DNA of 64,000 nt from Candidatus Latescibacterota bacterium. Lineage in GTDB: Bacteria; Latescibacterota; UBA2968; GCA-2709665. Below the pieces are notes generated by a model. That model was not told where the DNA came from, made no database searches, and saw nothing but the letters and a program-made list of their open reading frames with translations. Shown piece by piece: positions 30,611 through 38,073 of this stretch (position 1 is the first letter of the stretch; each line of letters starts with the position of its first letter). The translations under genes were made by a program, and so were the position numbers. The stretch is from positions 3,104,001 to 3,168,000 of the forward strand of contig OZ241917.1 in assembly GCA_965203805.1 (NCBI GenBank), given 5' to 3'.

Positions 30611-30639
30611 AATCTACGTTGCGCCTGCAGAAAAGTCAA
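30611..30639 (-). promoter_or_regulatory. Putative sigma70 promoter of the S55-rib-secA operon
   Basis: TTGACT-N17-TAGATT, ~40 nt upstream of the start codon. Confidence 0.6.
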
Positions 30640-30910
30640 GCGTTGGGACTTCTCGCTTACCGTGATCCAACGTCCTTTCCCGGAAACAAGCTGCCTGAAT
30701 CCGGCGCCGCAATCCCGGCAAACGCAAGGGTTGTCCCTGCGATTACAGGATAGGCGCATATCACGGTCCTTCGCGGTTTATTTCTCGCCCATCCGGCAGG
30801 CTTGCAAGTCAATATCGGAGACCGGGTTCAGTCTCGCGGATATTATACCCGTTTTTGGAGTGTGGAACAAGCCTCTTGTGAAAATCCGATCTTGTCCTTA
30901 TCATAATCCC

Positions 30911-31381
30911 ATGCGAATCATGCTGGTGGCGGTTGGCAAATGTCGAAAGCGGTACTTGAGGGAAGGAGTGACGGACTACATCGATCGAATCAACAGATAT
31001 GCCAGCCTGAAGCATATCGAACTGAAAGAGGAACGGACCCCGAAGAAGGGCGCGGCGCAAGGCAGTCTTGGCGTCGAGGCCGAACGCATTCTCCGCAGCG
31101 TACCGGAAAGAGCCTATCTTGTTGCTGTGGATCCTGCCGGAGACGTTTGCACTTCCGACGCCTTCGCACGCCGAATAAGAAAAATCGGTATTGACGGCAC
31201 AAGCCGGATCGCGTTTGTCATTGGCGGCCCTGCCGGCCTCTCTTCCCGGGTTACCCGGCGCGCCGACTGGCGACTATCGCTTTCTTCACTGACCTTTCCG
31301 CACGAAATCGCCCGTCTGGTGCTTCTCGAACAGATCTACAGGGCATTTACCATTATACGCGGCGAACCGTATCACCGGTAG
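30911..31381 (+). CDS. rlmH: 23S rRNA (pseudouridine1915-N3)-methyltransferase
   Basis: MRIMLVAVGK, FVIGGPAG, SLSSLTFPHE, LEQIYRA...GEPYHR. Confidence 0.93.
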   Translation: MRIMLVAVGKCRKRYLREGVTDYIDRINRYASLKHIELKEERTPKKGAAQGSLGVEAERILRSVPERAYLVAVDPAGDVCTSDAFARRIRKIGIDGTSRIAFVIGGPAGLSSRVTRRADWRLSLSSLTFPHEIARLVLLEQIYRAFTIIRGEPYHR

Positions 31382-31444
31382 GTTCCGCCGTCGGCAGTTC
31401 CTCAGTAACGAGGGAGGATTTCAGACCGCGATTTCGGCAGTCAG

Positions 31445-31685
31445 AAAAAAGCCCGGAAAACAGGTCCATCCGACAGCCGTGGAGAGATGATTCCGCCACT
31501 GGAATCCGGCTGCCGGGAACGTCCCCTGTTTCCGGGCTTTTTAATTCAGACCGAATTGCGAGGATTTGCAGTTTCGGGGGAACGGAAGTAATACGGATCC
31601 GACAACCACGGTGAACGGCCGGAGGGGTATCGGCCAAATGGCGCCGGAAGATAGGTTGTCTCAATCTCGTGCTTCCTGAGAGCAA
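31445..31685 (-). ncRNA. Candidate small RNA (two-domain structure, C-rich loops, ends in a long hairpin plus U6)
   Basis: Upstream promoter at 31690-31718. No credible ORF. Stems GACAACC/GGTTGTC, GGCCG/CGGCC and GCCCGGAAACAGG/CCTGTTTTCCGGGC followed by TTTTTT. Confidence 0.45.
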
Positions 31686-31689
31686 TTGA

Positions 31690-31718
31690 AAGATAAGCCA
31701 TAGTTTTTCCCCAGTCAA
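31690..31718 (-). promoter_or_regulatory. sigma70 promoter pointing into a gene-free interval
   Basis: TTGACT-N17-TATCTT. Confidence 0.55.
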
Positions 31719-31958
31719 GGGTAAGTTTGTCGTAATATACTGTTTTACATTATCTTGTGGTCTCCATGCGGAGGCATACCTTATATGGAATTTCAGGTGG
31801 CGAAGCCCGGCGGACCGGGTGAAGAGGGGGAACGTCCCCGCCGCCGGCGATATCCCTGGACAGGTTTTGCGTCCGGCGCTATCTTCGATGTCCGGTAAGA
31901 CGAGCGGGGTCTGTATAGACCGAACTCACACGCATTCGTGTTTCGACGTGATTCCCCC

Positions 31959-33311
31959 ATGCCACATACCCTTACCATAACCCGCGCCGCCGCGGAGATC
32001 CGGGCGGGCCGTCTTTCTCCCCTGGAGTTGCTGCAGGCCTGCATTACGCAGATCGACACGCTCGACAACCGCCTGCGCGCATGGGTCAACGTGGACCGGA
32101 GAGGGGCCGAGCATTGCGCGCGGCGCCTTCAGGAAGAACTCGCCCTCGGCCGGTACCGCGGTCCCCTGCACGGAATCCCGGTGGGAATAAAGGACATCAT
32201 CAACGCGAAAGGCCTGCCGACCACCGCTGGAGCAAAGGAACTCTACAACCTGGCACCGAAAGAAGATGCAACGGTGGTTGAACGCCTGCGCACATCCGGC
32301 GCTGTCATCCTCGGCAAAACGGTGACCACGCCCTTTGCATGTTTCGATCCGGCCGAAACCAGGAACCCGTGGAACCCCGACCATACGCCAGGCGGCTCCA
32401 GCAGCGGCTCCGCAGCAGCCGTCGCGGCGCGTATGTGCCCCGCCGCCCTGGGCTCACAGACCGGCGGCTCCATCAGTCGTCCCGCCGCGTACTGCGGGCT
32501 CGTGGGTCTGAAACCCACCTTCGGCCGGATCAGCCTGCGGGGAATCCTGCCCGTCAGCTACGAACTCGACCATCCGGGTCCGATCACACGCTCGGTCGCC
32601 GATGCGGCCCTCATCCTTGCGGCCGTTGCCGGCAAAGATCCAATGGACCCGCTCAGCGCCGACGTCCCCGCCGGAGAATACAGCATCAAGCCGTTGACGC
32701 GCCCGCCGCGCGTTGGCATCGTCCATACCTATTTCCCTGAACACGCCGACGAAGCCGTGCGTGCGGCGACCGACGACGCCACGCGCAGACTCGACGCCGC
32801 GGGCGCCGAATTCACCGATGTGCAAATGCCCGAATCGTTTGCGGAACTGCACGAGAATCACGCCTTGCTGCTCGCGGTTGGCGCGGCGCGGGTTCACAGG
32901 GAAAGGTATGACGCGCACCGCGACCGGTTTCCGCCGGGCCTGTGCGAAATCATCGAAAGGGGTCGCGCCGCCGGGGCCGTGGACTACGCCGAGGCGCGAC
33001 GCCACCAGATCGCATTCAAGTCTGAGGTCCTCGCCGCTTTCGAAGGCGTGGACCTGCTCCTCACCCCCGCAACCCCCACACCGGCGCCATCGGGCCTCGA
33101 GTCCACCGGCAACCCCGGCTTCAACAGCCCCTGGAGCTACGCCGGCCTGCCCACGACGGTCCTGCCCGTCACATGCACCCCCCGTGGCCTGCCCGTCGGC
33201 ATTCAGCTGGTTGCCGGCCCCTTCGCCGAGTCCCGACTGCTGGCTATCTCCGCCTGGTGCGAGAACCACCTCGAGTGGAACCGCATCCCATCGATTCCAG
33301 CGGACAATTAA
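31959..33311 (+). CDS. Amidase signature family protein (GatA-like)
   Basis: GIPVGIKD, TPGGSSSGSAAAVA, LGSQTGGSISRPAAYCG, GLPVGIQL. Confidence 0.9.
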   Translation: MPHTLTITRAAAEIRAGRLSPLELLQACITQIDTLDNRLRAWVNVDRRGAEHCARRLQEELALGRYRGPLHGIPVGIKDIINAKGLPTTAGAKELYNLAPKEDATVVERLRTSGAVILGKTVTTPFACFDPAETRNPWNPDHTPGGSSSGSAAAVAARMCPAALGSQTGGSISRPAAYCGLVGLKPTFGRISLRGILPVSYELDHPGPITRSVADAALILAAVAGKDPMDPLSADVPAGEYSIKPLTRPPRVGIVHTYFPEHADEAVRAATDDATRRLDAAGAEFTDVQMPESFAELHENHALLLAVGAARVHRERYDAHRDRFPPGLCEIIERGRAAGAVDYAEARRHQIAFKSEVLAAFEGVDLLLTPATPTPAPSGLESTGNPGFNSPWSYAGLPTTVLPVTCTPRGLPVGIQLVAGPFAESRLLAISAWCENHLEWNRIPSIPADN

Positions 33312-33316
33312 ATCGC

Positions 33317-34528
33317 ATGTATCGGATCCTCAAGCGTTGCACGTGGCTGCCGCTCGTTTTGCTTCCTTACGGCGTCATTTCAACTTCCCGCGCGGATGTC
33401 CCCAGGCACCACGCCGTCCGCCAGGGTATTGACTATATGCTCGACGAGCGGTATGCCCTTTCCCACGCCATTTTCGATTCACTCATCTCCGTCGAGCCCG
33501 AACGCCCGGAGGGGTATCTGGGCAAGGCCCTTTCGTACTGGAACGAAAGCATGCTTGTAGCGGACGGCGAACGGTTTGTCGACTCCGTCGACCGCCTGAC
33601 CGGGCGCGCGATCAAACTCGCCGAAACTGCGCTCAAGCGCGACAATGACAACGCGGAGATGGTCTTTCTGCTCGGTAAAGCCTATGGACTTCGCGCGGGC
33701 CTGGCGCTCATCCACGGCAGCCCCATCGACGGCGTCCTTCACGGCTTGAAATGCCGCGATTACCTCGCGGAAACCATCCGTCTGGATCCAGACATGGCAG
33801 ACGCCTATTTCGGACTGGGCCTCGCAGAGTACGTCGCCGCCCGCCAGCCGCGTTTCCTCAGGATGGTGAGCCGGCTCCTGTCGCTTCCCGACGGCAATCG
33901 AAAACGCGGGCTCGAGCGCCTGGAACGGGTTGCCCGGGAGGGGATCTATACGCAACGGCACGCCGTTTCGAGCCGTGCCTACATCGCGCTGTACTACGAA
34001 AAAGACTACGACGACGCCGTTCTCCGGTTCGCGGACCTGCACGGCCGCTACCCCCACAGCCTGGACTACCGTATTCGTTTCCTGGACGCCCTCTTCGGGC
34101 TCACCATCCGGGGCGGACGGGATCACCGCCAGGCCCTGATCGACTCCGCACGATCGATCCGTCGCCTGGCTGAATCGCGCGGTTTGGACCTGAACCGCTG
34201 GTCGCGCACCAAGCTGGACTTTATCGAAGGCTTTGGTCACTTTCTCACCGGCAACGCGGCCGAAGCTCGCGAACGACTGGAAATCTACATCGCGGAAGCT
34301 ACCGGAAAGAGCTGGCTGCTGGGACCCTCGCATCTCATTCTGGGCAAACTGGCCGACACGCGAAACGACCGGGAAACCGCGATCCGCCATTACCGCCGGG
34401 CGCGAAAATACGAAAACGTATGGGGCGTCCACGACGAAGCCGCGGCCTACCTCCGTCAACCCTTCGCCGGCGAGGAGCCCGTCCGGCGCCCTCCGGATAC
34501 GGTCCGGCGATATCCGGAGAAACCCTGA
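33317..34528 (+). CDS. Exported tetratricopeptide-repeat protein
   Basis: Signal peptide and TPR-like repeats (PEGYLGKA, AEMVFLLGKAY, LDPDMADAYFGLG, HLILGKLAD...AIRHYRRA). Confidence 0.7.
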   Translation: MYRILKRCTWLPLVLLPYGVISTSRADVPRHHAVRQGIDYMLDERYALSHAIFDSLISVEPERPEGYLGKALSYWNESMLVADGERFVDSVDRLTGRAIKLAETALKRDNDNAEMVFLLGKAYGLRAGLALIHGSPIDGVLHGLKCRDYLAETIRLDPDMADAYFGLGLAEYVAARQPRFLRMVSRLLSLPDGNRKRGLERLERVAREGIYTQRHAVSSRAYIALYYEKDYDDAVLRFADLHGRYPHSLDYRIRFLDALFGLTIRGGRDHRQALIDSARSIRRLAESRGLDLNRWSRTKLDFIEGFGHFLTGNAAEARERLEIYIAEATGKSWLLGPSHLILGKLADTRNDRETAIRHYRRARKYENVWGVHDEAAAYLRQPFAGEEPVRRPPDTVRRYPEKP

Positions 34529-34705
34529 ATCGCGGTTGAACCTTGACGCTTATGCGGGAATACGCTTTATTTTCCAGAACGGAACCTGGTGTGCCGTCTC
34601 GAGCAGGACGTTCCGCGGAAGCGCGGCCGGCGGCGGGAAGTACAGCAAACCCCGGCCGCATTCCGAACACGAATGTGCCGGGGTTTATCGCCTCAAGGAA
34701 TCGGT

Positions 34706-35512
34706 ATGGCGTTCGCGTCCTCGAACTTCCCGCGCAACGCGAGGCTCGTTCATTTCCGGGAGCGCATCCGTTACCCGGATCCTCCGGCGCCTCCGTGGAT
34801 CCTCCCCACCGTGGTCCGTCTCAAATTTCCGGACGCGGATATCAAGCGCCGCTACACGAAAAATATCTGCGCATCCGTCGCCCTCTCATCAATACTCCTT
34901 GCGCTTCCCTGCCTTCTCTTTCCACGATTCGAGTTTCGCAGTTATCCATCCTACACCACGCCGGTTATCATCACGCTGGAAGACATTCCCGAAACCTATC
35001 AGGCCGAGAGCCCCGAAACCGAACCGGTAATCCTGGGCGCAGACGAACCGGACGGCGCGGCCGTGGTTGACACCGTGGAAGACGAGGAGTCGGAACTCGA
35101 CTTTCTCGCCAATCTTCAAATCGATGACACGCTTGGCGATATGGGCAGGACGCTGAATGAGAAAGCCGTCGATTTCTGGGCCGTTTCAAAAGAACCCGTA
35201 CTCGTGCGCGAGATCCTGCCCATCTATCCCAGGGACGCCCACGACTTGGGCCTCGAAGGGGTTGTTTTCGTCAAATTCGCCGTCGGAACGGACGGAAGGG
35301 TCAAGGAAGCCTCCATCCTTAAGGGACCCCGGATCTTCCACGCATCCGCTCTTGACGCCGTCTACAAGTTTGTCTTCAGGCCGGCCCTTCAGAACGACAA
35401 GCCCGTCGCGGTCTGGATGACCCGTCCAATCCGATTTCGCATTGTGGACAATCTGCTTGAAGCGCGACCCGCACAACAGATTGAAAAGCTGCCCGCGGCC
35501 CAATCGCGATAG
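34706..35512 (+). CDS. Energy transducer TonB family protein
   Basis: Single TM, acidic linker, then TonB C-terminal PIYPRDA...EGVVFVKFAVGTDGRV...FRPALQNDKPVAVW. Confidence 0.85.
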   Translation: MAFASSNFPRNARLVHFRERIRYPDPPAPPWILPTVVRLKFPDADIKRRYTKNICASVALSSILLALPCLLFPRFEFRSYPSYTTPVIITLEDIPETYQAESPETEPVILGADEPDGAAVVDTVEDEESELDFLANLQIDDTLGDMGRTLNEKAVDFWAVSKEPVLVREILPIYPRDAHDLGLEGVVFVKFAVGTDGRVKEASILKGPRIFHASALDAVYKFVFRPALQNDKPVAVWMTRPIRFRIVDNLLEARPAQQIEKLPAAQSR

Positions 35513-35523
35513 AGGCGCCCCTG

Positions 35524-36528
35524 TCATTCCCCCCGGTCGCGACCGACCGCCCCTCCGGAATAAATCACTTCCATCAATCGATCCCGTTCATCCAGCCGAA
35601 CGCGCAGTGTGAACGCCCGCCTGCTCAGAAATTGCGGGTTATGGTCCAGCGCCATGCCCAGGACCAGCGAACCCAGCCACCCAAGGGCGTCTGCCCGGAT
35701 ACCGAACCGCAAATCGTGGATCAGAAACACTCGATCGCTTTCGTCCGACTCAATCACCGCAGGGAAGCGGGCGAACCAGCGATAGATCCGTCCGTCCCGC
35801 CGTTCCCACACGTCTTCCAGACGGGGTTCTTCAAGCGCCGACCGGTACGACCTGGGCGCCCCGGCAACCCCCGAAAACAGTGATACCGGAACCTCGTACC
35901 AATTTCCTTCGCCGGACGCGATTCCACGCCGGTGCAAAGGAGAGAAGGGCACTGGAACCGCCGCCACCGCCGTCAAACCCTTTCCGGTTGCCCACCGGTC
36001 CAGATAATGGAGCGTCATGCCCGAAACGGCGACATTTAGCGCCATATAGACGGTCAACGCCGCCGCACCCAGGCGGTAACCGCCCGCTCCGCGGCCCTTC
36101 CATCCGAGAACCAGTCCGCCGATCAGAATCAGATCCAGATACGGGTCGATAATGAACAGCACGTCGAACAACGCCCGGTACCTGGAAAACGGCATGAAGA
36201 TCATCGTACCGTACGAGGTTACCAGATCGAAGAAAATGTGCAGCAGCAGGCCGGAAAGGGTGACGAGATACAGCTTTGCAAACGGGACCTCCTTCAGCAC
36301 GAATCGCCGGACGACCCACGCCACGGCGACCGCGCCAATTGCGGCGCCGAACAGCGAATGTGTCATCCCGCGGTGCGTCTGCAGGCTGTCGAGGGCGTCG
36401 CCGGCAAGGAATACATCCGCGTCGGGCAACACACTGGCCACGGTAATCAGGTTCACCAGTCCCCGTTCGCGCGGCCAGATTGATCGCGCGACCAGGCGGC
36501 CAACCAGGCCATGTGTGGGGGTATCCAT
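35524..36528 (-). CDS. Membrane-bound metal-dependent hydrolase (YdjM/YfhP-like)
   Basis: MDTPTH, LPDAD, HRGMTHSL, HIFFDLVTSYGT, IIDP. Confidence 0.8.
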   Translation of the reverse strand: MDTPTHGLVGRLVARSIWPRERGLVNLITVASVLPDADVFLAGDALDSLQTHRGMTHSLFGAAIGAVAVAWVVRRFVLKEVPFAKLYLVTLSGLLLHIFFDLVTSYGTMIFMPFSRYRALFDVLFIIDPYLDLILIGGLVLGWKGRGAGGYRLGAAALTVYMALNVAVSGMTLHYLDRWATGKGLTAVAAVPVPFSPLHRRGIASGEGNWYEVPVSLFSGVAGAPRSYRSALEEPRLEDVWERRDGRIYRWFARFPAVIESDESDRVFLIHDLRFGIRADALGWLGSLVLGMALDHNPQFLSRRAFTLRVRLDERDRLMEVIYSGGAVGRDRGE

Positions 36529-36757
36529 TCCGTTTACCTCGCTAAGACAATTGAATCAGGCGGAAATCAGCGGCGGCGGCCGCCCGTATCAGACCCCTTT
36601 CGTACGGGGATGCCGCCAGCGGTCGTCCGACGCCGATTCACCGCTTTCTTCAAGAAGCTGTCGTGAAATTCCCCGCAGCCTTCGCGCGGCTGCAAGAGCG
36701 CCGGCCACACGGAATATACCCAATGCCCCGGCTGAATCAACCCCGCGCAAACGCCGC

Positions 36758-36787
36758 TTGACAGCGTGCGTCGCGCCGACATACCAT
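36758..36787 (+). promoter_or_regulatory. Putative sigma70 promoter for the SDR gene
   Basis: TTGACA-N18-TACCAT. Confidence 0.5.
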
Positions 36788-36854
36788 ATCAGTCCGTTCA
36801 CAACGCCAACTTCCCCTTCCTCACACGCGAAGGGCTTCCGGGAGGCTGAATGCA

Positions 36855-37586
36855 ATGTCAAGACTGAAAGGAAAGGCCGCGCTGGTAACCGGCGGGAATC
36901 AGGGCATCGGAAAAGGAATCGCGCGAGGGCTGGCCAAAGAGGGCGCGGACATCGTGCTGACCGCCAGAACGGTCGGCAAGCTTGAATCGGCGGCGGCAGA
37001 GATCCGGGCGGAAGGCGTGGAGGCGCTGGTCGCGCCCGCCGACGTCACCGACGAATCCCAGGTGGAGGCCGTGTTCGCGCAAACGATGGAACGGTTCGGC
37101 AGGCTGGATGTTCTGGTGAACAACGCGGCCGCCTTTGACGGGGGAAGAATCGACGAGATTTCCGCGTCGTCGTGGGACTGGGCGATGGCGGTGAATCTGC
37201 GCGGGCCCTTCCTGTGCACCCGGGCGGCGTTTCGCATCATGAAAGAACAGGGCGGCGGTCGGATTATCAATATAGGCAGTATTTCCGCGCAGCGGGTTCG
37301 CCCGAATTCGGCGCCGTACAGCACGAGCAAGTTCGGCATCACCGGCCTGACGCATGCCACGGCGCTGGACGGCCGGGACTACGGGATCGTATGCTCCTGC
37401 CTGCACCCCGGCAACACGCTGGTGGAACGACGCGAGGAATCCGACGCGCCCACGGACGACGAACCGATGATGACGGTGGATGAACTGGCGCAGGCCGCGG
37501 TAACCATGGCGACGCTGCCGCTTCATGTCAACATGCTGGAGGCGATCGTCTTGCCCGTCGGACAGCTGTACGTTGGAAGAGGTTGA
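36855..37586 (+). CDS. Short-chain dehydrogenase/reductase
   Basis: TGGNQGIG, NNAA, IGSIS, YSTSK. RBS GGAGG. Confidence 0.92.
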   Translation: MSRLKGKAALVTGGNQGIGKGIARGLAKEGADIVLTARTVGKLESAAAEIRAEGVEALVAPADVTDESQVEAVFAQTMERFGRLDVLVNNAAAFDGGRIDEISASSWDWAMAVNLRGPFLCTRAAFRIMKEQGGGRIINIGSISAQRVRPNSAPYSTSKFGITGLTHATALDGRDYGIVCSCLHPGNTLVERREESDAPTDDEPMMTVDELAQAAVTMATLPLHVNMLEAIVLPVGQLYVGRG

Positions 37587-37610
37587 ATGGGTACGGGCGT
37601 GTTTCCAGGA

Positions 37611-37724
37611 CGACGAGAATCGCAATACGGCGCCGAGACGAAACCCTTCGAAACGGGCGGGAAAGGGCGTCCGGAAGGATATTTCTTCCGTTCACGTCCA
37701 GTGACCTGATGGTTCCTGGAAATC
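37611..37724 (+). repeat. Dispersed conserved intergenic element, partial copy C (5' ~114 nt)
   Basis: Gap-free alignment to 1422-1535 and to the reverse complement of 12173-12286. Shared blocks include GTCCGGAAGGA, TTCACG and GTGACCTGA. Confidence 0.8.
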
Positions 37725-37758
37725 CTGTTGATTCGTATAATCCTGATATTGATTTAGC

Positions 37759-37787
37759 TTGACACTCTCGACGTGATTGTTTAATGT
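37759..37787 (+). promoter_or_regulatory. sigma70 promoter of the aromatic amino acid operon
   Basis: TTGACA-N17-TAATGT. Confidence 0.65.
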
Positions 37788-37866
37788 TAGACCGTTCCTG
37801 CTGGAAAGGCAGGTTGCCGAAACACGGCGCGAGACCGGCAGGACGCTGGATCAAGGAGGATCGAAC

Positions 37867-37974
37867 GTGACGGATCGTGGTCGGAACAGGCTTGCCTGGC
37901 GTGGGTATTTTTACCGTTCCTACCGGTGGTATTACCGGGAGGCCGCGGAACGTCATGTCTGCCCACGCGAGTAA
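37867..37974 (+). CDS. trpL: Attenuator leader peptide rich in Trp/Tyr/Phe (MTDRGRNRLAWRGYFYRSYRWYYREAAERHVCPRE)
   Basis: RBS AAGGAGG 7 nt before GTG. 8 of 13 consecutive codons are aromatic. Followed by a terminator upstream of trpE. Confidence 0.85.
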   Translation: MTDRGRNRLAWRGYFYRSYRWYYREAAERHVCPRE

Positions 37975-37999
37975 ATCGTCAGCAAGTCTGAGAACCTGG

Positions 38000-38028
38000 C
38001 CGTGGGCATCTGCTCACGGTTTTTTTTT
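38000..38028 (+). terminator. Attenuator terminator (3:4 hairpin)
   Basis: CCGTGGGC-ATCT-GCTCACGG followed by T9. Its 5' arm CGTGGGCA is also complementary to TGCCCACG in the leader. Confidence 0.85.
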
Positions 38029-38073
38029 GATCTGCTCGAATTCCGATCCTGCCCTTAATGTCCGGTGAGATTG

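Noticed and set aside
31353-31718. 121-aa minus-strand ORF
   Set aside because: Its TTG start is the -35 box of a promoter. It has no RBS and runs through a terminator-like hairpin.
37800-37825. GGAAAGG...GCCGAA resembling part of a lysine riboswitch
   Set aside because: It lacks the AGAGGNGC start, the other helices and the required length.
37777-37866. Longer 65-aa version of the leader ORF
   Set aside because: The TTG start lies within the promoter. The strong RBS precedes GTG 37867.
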